From the IMG/VR virus record IMGVR_UViG_3300045988_167206, positions 96,001 to 160,000 of that record: 64,000 nt of DNA; one strand, 5' to 3'. Both the position numbers and the translations under genes were made by a program. The DNA is from a virus. Positions within the stretch are counted from its first letter, which is position 1. Each line of letters opens with the position of its first letter. The notes under the pieces are model-generated. The model was not told the origin of the DNA, did not search any database, and saw only the letters and a program-made list of their open reading frames with translations. Below are positions 20,683-30,500 of the stretch, in pieces.

Positions 20683-22266
20683 CTAATTTTTCTTATCTTG
20701 TTTATCTCTACTTGCTTCGCCATCGTCAGTAATACTCGAATCATCTTTTGTAGGTGCACCTCCAGTATCTGAAGAGCCAGACTGAGTATATGATGTTTGA
20801 AGAGGAACTAAAAGTCCTGATAGTCTAAGAACTTGCTCTTCTAAGAAATTAAGTGCAAGAGTATCTTTTTCAGAAAATTGATTTAAAGTATTATAAGCCA
20901 ATTTTGTCGGAAGTCCGTTTTGTGCACCAACCAATAATTCTTGTTTGAATTCACCTTTTGTGTAGGCACTCACTTCAAAAAATTTAACTTTGGCAGGAGT
21001 GGATACCCAATATGTTAAAAAGCGATTGACCCATCCCTGGGTCTCCGGCAATAACATTGAAATTGCCATTTCTGTATCAGCTTTTACCGCAGCTGAAAAT
21101 GCTGTGGTTCCAGAAATGCTTGCACTGTTTAATATTTGTGCACCACCAGAACTATTAAATAAAGTTTCTGTGGATTTTGCTATTTTATTTGTATCGGTAG
21201 CTTTGTCGTTATTAAATGAAATTTGATCAAGTTTACCAGGAATAATGGCAGCGGAAGTATATTCAGGTAAAGCCTCGCTGATCATCCTATTAAAGTACTC
21301 AATAACAATATCTGGTGTAATTTTCCAATCATCAACGTTATCACTGCCAGTAATCGTTTCAAGCTCTAACCAAATCATTTTGTAAATGTCTTGCTGATCT
21401 GCAATTGCCTGTAAATCATCAAGATCAATAAGATTAATAATTCCAGAAAGTAATCCAGAAAATGGAGGAACAACAGTTTCCCAATCTTCAGCTCTGGCTT
21501 TTAAGCATACCGCATATTCATCTGGCATAGGTTGCCATTTTCCATTTGTTGTATCGTTTTCATATGCGCGATACATTGATTGGAATGGTTCTCCCCATAA
21601 TTCAAGGACAGTCTGCCTTGATCTAAAATAACTCATATCCATTGAGAAAGCATAATCTCCAGTATTATAAGCTCCGGAAATTTTACAATAATCAGGATCA
21701 AGTGGGAGAATAAATAATCCTTGATCCTCATCATAAAATGCACATCCATAAAATACATCTTCACGGAAGCATACCATATAAGCTTTTAACATTTCATATT
21801 GAAGATGCATCTTATCAAGAATATTAAGTGTATCCTGGTAAGATGATAACATAGCATTGGCATCGCCACCATTTACTAAATCATAATCTGGGATAACTGA
21901 ACGAGCGTCCAAACAGAACATATTTGCATTATAAGCAATCAATCTGTAATAAGCATGACATCTATAATACAAATACCTAGAAAGATTTCGAAGGTTCTTT
22001 TCATTTGAACCGATATTTTTAAGATAAGTTCTGAGACTATCCTTACTGAATGCAGTAATAGTAGTAGTGCTTGTCTTAGTAACATCTCTAAGTCCTCGTG
22101 CACCCTCCATTGCAGCAGCATAATTTTCAATATCTCTATGATTTTTTGAGTACCAATCTTTAATTTCAGCAATTGAACTTTGCTGAGTAGGTGCCGGGTC
22201 CAACTTTTTAGCTGTTGGAACCTTGCTATTAGCACTAATTCGTCTTCTTTTCATTCTTTGTGCCAA
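20683..22266 (-). CDS. putative portal protein
   Basis: 527-aa ORF immediately downstream of the terminase large subunit, with an acidic C-terminus. Assigned by synteny and size. Confidence 0.6.
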   Translation of the reverse strand: MAQRMKRRRISANSKVPTAKKLDPAPTQQSSIAEIKDWYSKNHRDIENYAAAMEGARGLRDVTKTSTTTITAFSKDSLRTYLKNIGSNEKNLRNLSRYLYYRCHAYYRLIAYNANMFCLDARSVIPDYDLVNGGDANAMLSSYQDTLNILDKMHLQYEMLKAYMVCFREDVFYGCAFYDEDQGLFILPLDPDYCKISGAYNTGDYAFSMDMSYFRSRQTVLELWGEPFQSMYRAYENDTTNGKWQPMPDEYAVCLKARAEDWETVVPPFSGLLSGIINLIDLDDLQAIADQQDIYKMIWLELETITGSDNVDDWKITPDIVIEYFNRMISEALPEYTSAAIIPGKLDQISFNNDKATDTNKIAKSTETLFNSSGGAQILNSASISGTTAFSAAVKADTEMAISMLLPETQGWVNRFLTYWVSTPAKVKFFEVSAYTKGEFKQELLVGAQNGLPTKLAYNTLNQFSEKDTLALNFLEEQVLRLSGLLVPLQTSYTQSGSSDTGGAPTKDDSSITDDGEASRDKQDKKN

Positions 22267-22286
22267 AGATTCAGCACCTCCTTCGT

Positions 22287-24341
22287 TTAATCATCAAACA
22301 TAGATCCAATTCGTCCTTTACGAATAGTAAGAAGCTGCACTAGAGATTTGTCAGCAGTTGGACGTTTCTTATTCGTAATAAATTTTCTACGCTCACATTG
22401 AAGAGCATAAGAGCACATTGCTGTTACATAAGCTCTATCATCATGAAGCTTAGTACGTTTTTCCGGACATAATTCAAAAGAGTCTTTTCCAGACTCTCGT
22501 TTAATACGGATCATATTTACAAGTTCTTCTTTTGTAGCATCAATACTAGCAAGTGATTTTTGTTCTTGCCAGCTTAATTTTTCTATTTTACTTTTTACAT
22601 TTTGTAAATTATTCAAATCCTTCTGAACATTATAATCAATGTCCTCTGGACTCATTTTTTGTTTTTTATATTTAGCTTCAAGCTCTTTTTTAGCCTTATC
22701 ATACTTATCTTTGTCGATATCAAAAATAGTAAGATAATCTTTTCCATCATAATCTGCCGTAAACCCAATTTTATCCTGATTCATCAACTCAATCATTGCT
22801 TCATACATTTCTGATTTATATTGAGTAGGAGACATAAGATGAATTTTATTTACTGCATTTGGGAATTTTTTAACATATTCTTCAGAATATTCTTTATCAA
22901 TTAAACCACGATGTTTTTTTCCATCTTTACCTTTCCAGTCAGGCATAAGATAATCTGCAATATTTACACCTGCTCCACCAGATCCAGCATCAATATAAAT
23001 TCCTAAAATATTGCTATAGGAGTCATCGCCGCCTTGATTATAATCAAGAATAACTTCTTTTAAATAATCAACTTGATCAGGAGTCTGCATAGGTGTTTTT
23101 CGCTTAGTTTCAATATCAATGAGATTAATACAATTTAATAATTTCATTTTGTATTCTGAATCACCATTTTGATCTTTATCTACGTATATTTCTGCTACTA
23201 AAATAACAGAATTATCTCGACTACGAGCAGGGTCATAAGCTATAACAATTTTTCTCTGTCCGGTATCATTATACAAAATAGGTCTTCTTATCTCAGAATT
23301 CCTTGCAATAACACCTCTTCGAATAATAGCATTTGCTCCAGCGTCAGAAGTGAACTCACAGTAATATTCTCTACGAGCTTTTTCAGGATTTGAACGCATA
23401 GCTGCCTCGACTGTAGATTTCGTAAGAAGCGGAGCCATAACTTGGCCACGAATTGTAGGTCTGAATGCAACTTCACAATCAATATGAGCGACAAAATAAT
23501 CTGGATCGCCCATAAGCTGCCTTTTACTAAAATCTCTATATAACTTATAAAATTCTGTATCTGTAGAAGAAGCAGAAGAGATATAAAATAATTGGTTTGG
23601 AATATTCGATGGAATACATCTTAGACGGTTTATATCAATAGAATTACCATCACGGTCTTTACCAGATTTGAAACTTTTATTAACAATTGCGAATGCGCCG
23701 TAAGTCTGAAGCATTTCATCAGAAAGCCATCCACATTCATCAAAGATTACATTACCACGCATTCCTCTTTTTTTATCAATATTACTATTAAGTGTTTGAG
23801 TAAATGCGCCATTATATAAGCTATATGAAAATCCATTAGAAGAGTGGCTAAATCCATCTCCGGCAGCATTCTTTATTTCAATTTCTGCCTTAAATATATA
23901 ACCTGTAGAACCAAGCATGGTATCAATATTATCATTCGCAATTCTTTCAAGTGTCGTAAAGGTTTGTTCAGCCTGCGATCCCGATCCTGAAGCAATGTAT
24001 GTCCAATAGTTATTAAATAGCATATCTTTGGCCATTACCATAATATCTATTAGTGTAGATTTTCCAAATCCACGGGTACAAACCAATAATACATTTGGAC
24101 AATTCCAAGATCGTTGAATAATCCATGCCTGAGAATCTAACAATTCAATATTAAAAAAATCATTTATAAAACGTACTGGATTACATTGATAATATTTTTG
24201 GAGATTTGCAATTTTTATAAAGCCTTCCAGTTTTCTGGACGACATTGGATAAACTCCAGGTTTTACAAAAATCTTATCTCCTTGTTCGCAATAATCAAGT
24301 TTCGGAAGCCGGTTCATCCGTCTCGGATCCATCATCGGCAT
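22287..24341 (-). CDS. terL: terminase large subunit
   Basis: Walker A-like VCTRGFGKST, Walker B-like NVIFDECGW, a C-terminal nuclease-size domain, and position upstream of portal. Confidence 0.85.
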   Translation of the reverse strand: MPMMDPRRMNRLPKLDYCEQGDKIFVKPGVYPMSSRKLEGFIKIANLQKYYQCNPVRFINDFFNIELLDSQAWIIQRSWNCPNVLLVCTRGFGKSTLIDIMVMAKDMLFNNYWTYIASGSGSQAEQTFTTLERIANDNIDTMLGSTGYIFKAEIEIKNAAGDGFSHSSNGFSYSLYNGAFTQTLNSNIDKKRGMRGNVIFDECGWLSDEMLQTYGAFAIVNKSFKSGKDRDGNSIDINRLRCIPSNIPNQLFYISSASSTDTEFYKLYRDFSKRQLMGDPDYFVAHIDCEVAFRPTIRGQVMAPLLTKSTVEAAMRSNPEKARREYYCEFTSDAGANAIIRRGVIARNSEIRRPILYNDTGQRKIVIAYDPARSRDNSVILVAEIYVDKDQNGDSEYKMKLLNCINLIDIETKRKTPMQTPDQVDYLKEVILDYNQGGDDSYSNILGIYIDAGSGGAGVNIADYLMPDWKGKDGKKHRGLIDKEYSEEYVKKFPNAVNKIHLMSPTQYKSEMYEAMIELMNQDKIGFTADYDGKDYLTIFDIDKDKYDKAKKELEAKYKKQKMSPEDIDYNVQKDLNNLQNVKSKIEKLSWQEQKSLASIDATKEELVNMIRIKRESGKDSFELCPEKRTKLHDDRAYVTAMCSYALQCERRKFITNKKRPTADKSLVQLLTIRKGRIGSMFDD

Positions 24342-25596
24342 CTACCTCATCTTCTAGTGACCCAAAGCAAGAATATAAGTCATTTAGATCAACTAAATCT
24401 GTAGGTTTAATCAATCCTTCTTCTTGCATATAATCTTTGAGATCAATATTTTCACGTAATAAAATACGTGAAATTTCTTTATAATTATCTAAATCAGTAC
24501 GTAAATTTGTGATCATTTGTCGCTGTTCTGCAACCATATCAGACCATTCAGATTCATCTAGACGTAATGCCTTTAATATAGAAGCATTACTCATATCCAT
24601 TACTTGTTGCATGCCTCGACAAGTTCCAATATCAAATCCGTTAACCTCACCTTCGCGAAGATTTAAGTCTTTTATTTTTTTGATTTTTCCGGTCCATGTA
24701 TTTTCGCCCTTTTTGGCATTTTTATTATTCTTTAAAGAAATACAGCTTTCAGCTGCCAAATCTTTTATAATAGTAGTTAGATCTTTTTTACTTTGCTGTA
24801 GGGATTTTATTGTAGCAGAATTATTTTTTAATTTATGAATATCAGACATATATGTAGAAATAGCATTGTCAATTTTAGACTGCTGAAGAAATGCTCGCAC
24901 AATAGAAATAGCAGAAGCAGTACGCATCATATCATCATTGGCATCTTCACTTGAATCAAGAAGTCCAAGTAATTGAGAATATAAAAACGGCTGATCAGAA
25001 ATAGCTTCTTTTTCGAATGGATCATAGCCAAGCAATCGAACTACATCATTTTTATTTTTCGTAAAACTACTATATGTATCCTGATTTTCACGACCTTTTA
25101 CCACATCGTCTGTAGTTTTTTCATCTTCATATACAATTTTTTCTTTGAATAAGTCAGAATCAGAAAATGTGTATCCGATATATTGTGGCATCGAAACATT
25201 TTTTATATACGAAGTCCAAGCATTTGTTTTGGATTTTCCTGTGATAGAATTTTCTGATTCTTGAATACTAGAATTGTAAAGACTTTCATAGAATGGTTTA
25301 TTTAGATATCTGAGAGCTTGAATAATAGATTCTTTTGTTGGTTCATGTTCTTCACCATTAACATCAATTCGTAATGCAATTTTTCTTGCACAATCCATGC
25401 AAATTGGAGAACATCCTGATTCACATAACGGATCGGTATTTTTATAAAATTTATCTTTTTTTTTAGGTTTTCCACATAGAAAACACCAAGCAGTGTTTTC
25501 TTTATAATTATTATTTTCGATTTCTAATTCTTTAATTCGGTTTCTCATTTGGGTCGGAGTCATCTTGACTTGCCCAGTTTCTTTTGTTGCTGCCAT
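24295..25596 (-). CDS. hypothetical Zn-ribbon protein upstream of terL (possible small terminase or packaging accessory)
   Basis: 433-aa ORF with CFLCGKP...CESGCSPICMDC. Function inferred from position only. Confidence 0.55.
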   Translation of the reverse strand: MAATKETGQVKMTPTQMRNRIKELEIENNNYKENTAWCFLCGKPKKKDKFYKNTDPLCESGCSPICMDCARKIALRIDVNGEEHEPTKESIIQALRYLNKPFYESLYNSSIQESENSITGKSKTNAWTSYIKNVSMPQYIGYTFSDSDLFKEKIVYEDEKTTDDVVKGRENQDTYSSFTKNKNDVVRLLGYDPFEKEAISDQPFLYSQLLGLLDSSEDANDDMMRTASAISIVRAFLQQSKIDNAISTYMSDIHKLKNNSATIKSLQQSKKDLTTIIKDLAAESCISLKNNKNAKKGENTWTGKIKKIKDLNLREGEVNGFDIGTCRGMQQVMDMSNASILKALRLDESEWSDMVAEQRQMITNLRTDLDNYKEISRILLRENIDLKDYMQEEGLIKPTDLVDLNDLYSCFGSLEDEVDADDGSETDEPASET

Positions 25597-25620
25597 AACA
25601 ACTCCTCCTTGTATTCGTAA

Positions 25621-25695
25621 TGGATATAGTAGGACTCGAACCTACAAAAGCCTGATCCTAAGTCAGGTGCGTCTGCCAAATTGCGCCATACATCC
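25621..25695 (-). tRNA. tRNA-Leu(TAG): tRNA-Leu-like, anticodon UAG, lacking the long variable arm
   Basis: Cloverleaf: acceptor GGATGTA/TATATCC, A73, anticodon stem CCTGA/TCAGG with loop CTTAGGA, 5-nt variable loop CTTTT, T arm GTAGG-TTCGAGT-CCTAC. The D arm TGGCGCAATTTGGCAGACGC resembles tRNA-Leu. Confidence 0.75.
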
Positions 25696-25769
25696 AGAGA
25701 AGGACAGTAAAGACTGTCCTGTAAAGAAATGTATAATATAAGCAGCAACGCCACTCGTATTATTTAAAT

Positions 25770-26957
25770 TTAATTTAATTTATATTTATGTTCGTCAACA
25801 ATACCATCGGTTTTATCAAATACAAACATTGATGCACCGGCATTAGCTGTTTTTCCAAGAGTCTCACTATATGGATTAAGTCCAATTATAGATCGAACAC
25901 TTATTGCTTCTGAATTTACTCCACCTTCTTCTGAAAATGAAGAGTGCCAATGTCCACTAAATAAATAATCAAATGGTACTTTATACATTTTTGATAAAGA
26001 TTTTAACTTGTCATTTAACTGCTTAGTCTCAAAATGTCCACCAATACAAGTGTGGCAAGCAAGTTGCGAATAAGCTAATCCTGTTGGATTTTCAATAATA
26101 GTGATATTATCATTGCCTTTTAATCTAGCTTTAATTAAGGTAAGCATGGATTTACTCATATCCTCATCCTTAAATGCGTCTTTTGGCTGCCCAACTAAGC
26201 GTAGCTGATTATGATTTGACCTTTTTACCATCTGAAATTTGATAATTACATGTTTACTTAATTCATTGAGCCATTCTGAAATAAAATTTGCATACAAAAT
26301 AGAAGAGTCGATAACTCCATATTTTAGAGTCATAAGCTGTGAATTAGCCCTTAAAATTCCTTCTAAAGCATCACCAAGATCCCAAATATGTAAAACCTTA
26401 ATATCGTCTTTATCAATTTGCTCTACTACTTTATAATATAATTCCCACATTCGTTGCTCAAAAATTTCAGGGCTATATTTATTAAGTGTATACCCGTAAA
26501 TATCTTTAATATCAAATTCAACGCCATAATGTGCGTCAGAAATAACTAATAAATAATCTTTACTGGTTACAAAAGGTTTAGTGATTATATTTTTAGGTAA
26601 TGTAACAGGTTTAATTTTTTCAATCGCTTCAACAATTTTTTCCGTAATTAATTCATCACGAGAGTATTCTCGTAACCATTTATTAAATTCTAATTTTTCA
26701 CTCTGAAGTTTAATGCGTTCTTTTTTAATAGCTAATTCTTCAGGTAAAGTTGAAATAGAAGAGGATGGGACAATATCCCATCCTGCATCTACATATTCTA
26801 ATAATAATTTTGATCCTTTTCGTACAGTATCACGGTGTTCTGTTTCTCCAAGTGCATCTGCTCTAAAATCAGTTATATCTTGCCATTCAATTGAAGGATC
26901 TATTTGTTTACGCTTAATTAAATCAAGCTGTTGCTGTAAAAATTGATTGTTATCCAT
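25770..26957 (-). CDS. calcineurin-like metallophosphoesterase
   Basis: Motifs LVISDAHYG, HIWDLGDALEG, RSNHNQL and SGHWH. Confidence 0.75.
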   Translation of the reverse strand: MDNNQFLQQQLDLIKRKQIDPSIEWQDITDFRADALGETEHRDTVRKGSKLLLEYVDAGWDIVPSSSISTLPEELAIKKERIKLQSEKLEFNKWLREYSRDELITEKIVEAIEKIKPVTLPKNIITKPFVTSKDYLLVISDAHYGVEFDIKDIYGYTLNKYSPEIFEQRMWELYYKVVEQIDKDDIKVLHIWDLGDALEGILRANSQLMTLKYGVIDSSILYANFISEWLNELSKHVIIKFQMVKRSNHNQLRLVGQPKDAFKDEDMSKSMLTLIKARLKGNDNITIIENPTGLAYSQLACHTCIGGHFETKQLNDKLKSLSKMYKVPFDYLFSGHWHSSFSEEGGVNSEAISVRSIIGLNPYSETLGKTANAGASMFVFDKTDGIVDEHKYKLN

Positions 26958-26965
26958 ATTTCTCC

Positions 26966-27214
26966 TTAAAGTTTCATTCCATCGGTTGCAGATCCAGAGA
27001 TTTCATCCAGATCAATAGTTTCTTCTGTTTTAGTAGTAGTAGATAAGTCAAAAGGCATATCTCCATAAGCCTTTTTAAAAATTTCATTGATGTCGATAAT
27101 TTCACCTGTACTATCAACAAGCTGATCATCTACCACATGTAGTCCTTTAAGTTTTCCATCGTATTTTACAGTTTTTTTTAATTCCATTATTTTTCTCCTT
27201 TTATTCCTTGACAT
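26966..27214 (-). CDS. hypothetical acidic protein (82 aa)
   Basis: ORF with SD; no family recognised. Confidence 0.5.
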   Translation of the reverse strand: MSRNKRRKIMELKKTVKYDGKLKGLHVVDDQLVDSTGEIIDINEIFKKAYGDMPFDLSTTTKTEETIDLDEISGSATDGMKL

Positions 27215-27269
27215 ATTGAAATAATCAATATAAAATGTTATTAGTGAAAGTTTACAATAAAATGTCTTA

Positions 27270-27872
27270 TTAAAGAATATCGTCTAATTCAAGATCCTGG
27301 CCAATAATTCCATCGACAATTCCACGTTCTTTAGCTTCTTCAGCAAACATATAATATTCACGATCCTTAATTTCTTCAAGAAATTCTGCAGTCATATTTG
27401 AATGTTCGATCATAAACTTATTCATACGCTCTTCAAGTGTGTCATAGAATTTCTGAATATCTTTTCCTTTATTTGAAGAGCTGATGTATCCTGTTTGTCC
27501 ATCATGATGAAGAACTACGGTTCCCGGGAAACAATATCTTTTATGTCCAGCTGCTAAAATATAACAAGCCATAGAAGCACACCTTGCAAAACCTATTGTT
27601 ACAATAGGTGTTTTAGACGTACAGATAGTACCTAATACCTGATAACCACATACGACATCACCGCCGCAGGAATTAATATATATATAAATTTTTTTTCGTT
27701 TACTAATAGGAATATCTTTATCTTCTTTATTCCATTTCATAATCATAAGACATACATTTTCAATGACATTATCATCGATATCCTCATTCAAAATGATTTT
27801 ACGTTCATTTAAATGTTCTTTTATAATAGCATCATAAATGCAATCATCATCTTTTAATGTAAATAATTCCAT
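27270..27872 (-). CDS. ClpP-family serine protease-like protein
   Basis: INSCGGDVVCGYQVLGTI...IGFARCASMACYILAAG...VVLHHDGQ aligns with the ClpP Ser and His motifs. Start moved to MELFTL behind a GGAG. Confidence 0.75.
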   Translation of the reverse strand: MELFTLKDDDCIYDAIIKEHLNERKIILNEDIDDNVIENVCLMIMKWNKEDKDIPISKRKKIYIYINSCGGDVVCGYQVLGTICTSKTPIVTIGFARCASMACYILAAGHKRYCFPGTVVLHHDGQTGYISSSNKGKDIQKFYDTLEERMNKFMIEHSNMTAEFLEEIKDREYYMFAEEAKERGIVDGIIGQDLELDDIL

Positions 27873-27903
27873 TTTATTTTCTCCATGTTTTCCTAAATAT
27901 ATT

Positions 27904-29349
27904 TTATAATGCAACAACCATATCTTTAACAGAAGCGACTACTTTAAATGTTTTATCTTCTTTTGATATGGCATCTTTCAAATCTTTTTTTAAACTATTT
28001 TTTGCTACTTCAGATCCATGTACTAAAATCAATTTTTCTGTATTAATTTTAGATCCATATGTAATAAGTTCATTTCGATTTGCATGACTTGAAAATGTTC
28101 CAAGCGATATACAATCTGCTTTATTTTCAACACCATCTCCACTGATCTTTATAATTTTGTTTTCCTTATAGTTTTTTATTCTATAAGACAAATAAGAGTT
28201 GTCGGATCCAGTGTATCCACTAAAAATAACCATACTATTTTCATCGCTGAGATATTCATGTAAATAAGATAAAATACGTCCGTTTGTACAAAATCCAGAA
28301 CTACTTAATATAATTTTAGGCCGATGATCTTTTACAATTGCCAAAGAGTCTTCTTTTTCACGAATAAAATGAACTTTATTCCATCCTACAACTTTATTCC
28401 ATAGTTTTAACTCTTCTTCAGATAAAAGAGTAGAGTATAAGTCACAAATATCACATGATAATATAGAATCAACTATAATATCGTAATTAAATGAAATATC
28501 ATGATAGATATTGTACAAATTAGTAAGAATTTCTTGAGTCCTACTAAAACTAAAGCATGGCATAATAACAGATCCACCACGTTCAGTTACGGTATCAATC
28601 GCAGTTTTTAAATGATCCAAATCGAATTTTCGAGTCTTTTTATTTATTCGTCCTGGTTCTCCATATGTAGATTCCATAATTGTAATTTTGTTAAAATCTG
28701 TTGGAATTTCTGTATTATGAACATAATGATTTTTGGTATTTAAAGAACCAATATCAGAAGTGTATAAAATAGATTTTGAAACACCATTTTGATCTCGAAG
28801 CGTAAGCTGAAGCTGTCTAGCTCCAACACAATGACTATTCTCATACCATTTAAAAGAAACAATATCGTCAAGAATATACTGTATATGTAACTCATCATAT
28901 TCAACAATATATTTCAAAGTATTCATAACATCATTTTCTTCATAGATAGGAGAGTAGTTTCGTTTATATTTAAATGATAAGGCGTTTGCTTCACTAAATA
29001 AAATAAAAGCACAGTTATAAAGTAAAGGCTTCATAAGTTGTGCAGTAGCGTGTGAAGCGATAATTTTTCCAGTAAATCCTTCTTTAACTAATCTTGGTAG
29101 CAACCCAATATGATCAACATGAGTATGGCCAACAAACACATAATCAATTTCAGAAGGCTTAAAAGGAAATTTGGCAGAGTTTATATTATATGATTCAAGA
29201 TAATTGTTATTTTGGTAAAGACCGCATTCCAATAAAATCTTTTTTCCATTAAACTTAATATAAATACAACTGCCGGTAACATCGTTGGCATTTTGTCCAA
29301 TTAAATAAATGCCATCGTCTTTTTTCTTTTTGCTGATATCCAACACCAA
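27904..29349 (-). CDS. beta-CASP metallo-beta-lactamase-fold nuclease (RNase J/CPSF-like)
   Basis: HxHxDH motif (VGHTHVDHIG), a C-terminal SSHANRNEL beta-CASP His motif, and the typical 481-aa size. Confidence 0.8.
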   Translation of the reverse strand: MVLDISKKKKDDGIYLIGQNANDVTGSCIYIKFNGKKILLECGLYQNNNYLESYNINSAKFPFKPSEIDYVFVGHTHVDHIGLLPRLVKEGFTGKIIASHATAQLMKPLLYNCAFILFSEANALSFKYKRNYSPIYEENDVMNTLKYIVEYDELHIQYILDDIVSFKWYENSHCVGARQLQLTLRDQNGVSKSILYTSDIGSLNTKNHYVHNTEIPTDFNKITIMESTYGEPGRINKKTRKFDLDHLKTAIDTVTERGGSVIMPCFSFSRTQEILTNLYNIYHDISFNYDIIVDSILSCDICDLYSTLLSEEELKLWNKVVGWNKVHFIREKEDSLAIVKDHRPKIILSSSGFCTNGRILSYLHEYLSDENSMVIFSGYTGSDNSYLSYRIKNYKENKIIKISGDGVENKADCISLGTFSSHANRNELITYGSKINTEKLILVHGSEVAKNSLKKDLKDAISKEDKTFKVVASVKDMVVAL

Positions 29350-29371
29350 CTTTCAGTATATTTAACATATA

Positions 29372-29584
29372 TTAAAAACGAAAATCTTGTTTGTTTTTGC
29401 TTTTATAAAGATCAGTCTGGTGTCTGGATTTTCTATAATCATTTAGAAGCTGCACACTTCTATATCGAGTAGTTAACCAGTATTTCTTTCCTCTACTTTT
29501 ATGAGTTTTACTTGTAACGTGTACATCGAATCCTCGTCCTTTTGAACGTAGATATTCTGCTTCTTTTGAAGTAATAGTAATCAA
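29372..29584 (-). CDS. small basic protein (70 aa)
   Basis: TTG start behind GTGAGGA. K/R-rich, possibly nucleic-acid binding. Confidence 0.5.
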   Translation of the reverse strand: MITITSKEAEYLRSKGRGFDVHVTSKTHKSRGKKYWLTTRYRSVQLLNDYRKSRHQTDLYKSKNKQDFRF

Positions 29585-29628
29585 ATTTATTTCCTCACTT
29601 TTAAATTATTTCTCCAATCAGGAGATAA

Positions 29629-29711
29629 TGGGAAGTGATGGAGTTGAACCACCCGAGTCTTTCGACAACAGATTTACAGTCTGCCCCGCTACCCCTACGG
29701 TATAACTTCCC
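29629..29711 (-). tRNA. tRNA-Tyr(GTA): tRNA-Tyr (GTA), class II
   Basis: Acceptor GGGAAGT/ACTTCCC, anticodon loop CTGTAAA, long variable arm, T loop TTCAACT. Confidence 0.85.
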
Positions 29712-29859
29712 TTGTTTTCTTTACTTTTTCATCTTGGCTGAGGATTTGTGCCCTCCAACCAAAGATATAGTCTGTGTACTTTAGACTGCCATTTACTTTA
29801 CACTCTAAATGGTCAAAACGTAACCGAGGCTGCTGGCGCGACCAGTGCATGTCAGTTAA

Positions 29860-29931
29860 CACACCCTCAAGGACTCGAACCCTGTTCTACGGTTTTGGAG
29901 ACCGTCATAATACCACATATACCAAAGGTGC
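29860..29931 (-). tRNA. tRNA-Trp(CCA): tRNA-Trp (CCA)
   Basis: Anticodon stem ACGGT/ACCGT with loop CTCCAAA; T arm CAGGG-TTCGAGT-CCTTG. Confidence 0.8.
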
Positions 29932-29941
29932 AAAAAAATAA

Positions 29942-30023
29942 CGCCGTGCACACGATTCGAACGTGCAAGTCCTTTCAGACCAACAGTTTTCAAGACTGCT
30001 CCCTCACCACCCGGACACACGGC
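29942..30023 (-). tRNA. tRNA-Ser(TGA): tRNA-Ser (TGA), class II
   Basis: Acceptor GCCGTGT/GCACGGC, loop CTTGAAA, long variable arm, T arm GCACG-TTCGAAT-CGTGT. Confidence 0.8.
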
Positions 30024-30030
30024 ATAATAA

Positions 30031-30103
30031 AGCTGAAATAGAGACTTGAACTCTAAACCTGCTGATTACAAATCAGCTGCTCTGCCAATTGAGCTATTCC
30101 AGC
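30031..30103 (-). tRNA. tRNA-Thr(TGT): tRNA-Thr (TGT)
   Basis: GCTGGAATAGCTCAATTGGCAGAGC..., anticodon loop TTTGTAA, T loop TTCAAGT. Confidence 0.85.
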
Positions 30104-30169
30104 AAAATCCGTCTTTCCGGATTGTCAGACCGAGATACCAGTCATTTACTAATTAAATTTTAAACTTGC

Positions 30170-30198
30170 TTGACAAAAATATCCAATAATGGTATTAT
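30170..30198 (+). promoter_or_regulatory. near-consensus sigma-A/sigma-70 promoter firing antisense to the tRNA operon
   Basis: TTGACA (30170-30175), 17-nt spacer, TATTAT (30193-30198). Confidence 0.7.
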
Positions 30199-30360
30199 CC
30201 CATTCGTTAGAGGTCGAGAATCCCAAAAGGATTCATAGGAAGATAGTGCAAACTGGACTCCGTGGTAAACCAAGCAATATACAACGGTTATTATACGGCC
30301 GCCTTTATGGGCAGATTTTAGCTCATGTGCCTCCAATCGGTAGGAGAGGAGGTTTTTACT

Positions 30361-30441
30361 ATGAATGATTATATTACATATATTATTCTAGGACTTGATG
30401 CACTCGTATGGGTGCTGAAGGTTATTAAAACATTTTGTTAA
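30361..30441 (+). CDS. 26-aa hydrophobic peptide MNDYITYIILGLDALVWVLKVIKTFC (type I toxin-like or small membrane protein)
   Basis: GGAGG SD 8 nt upstream of the ATG, one predicted TM helix with a basic C-terminus, its own promoter and terminator. Below the ORF-track length cutoff. Confidence 0.55.
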   Translation: MNDYITYIILGLDALVWVLKVIKTFC

Positions 30442-30500
30442 TTTCTTGTTGTTGAGCTTGGCGGGATAATAATTCCATTATTGGATTAATCATAGTAGTA

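Noticed and set aside
25621-25695. Possible amber-suppressor tRNA (the plus strand reads ...TC CTA AG... in the loop) that could explain the in-frame TAG at 40479.
   Set aside because: The T arm (GTAGG-TTCGAGT-CCTAC) and the Leu-like D arm fix the gene on the minus strand. There the anticodon is 5'-UAG-3', which reads CUA/CUG, not 5'-CUA-3'.
27270-27872. ClpP-like protein as the prohead maturation protease.
   Set aside because: This is possible but unsupported. The gene lies about 5 kb upstream of the portal/scaffold/capsid cluster, among RNA-metabolism genes. So no structural role is asserted.
30205-30360. The leader of the mini-ORF as a T-box or known riboswitch (c-di-GMP, preQ1, ZTP and fluoride were considered).
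   Set aside because: I could not find the conserved T-box sequence or the diagnostic cores of those riboswitch classes by eye. It is left as an unclassified structured leader.
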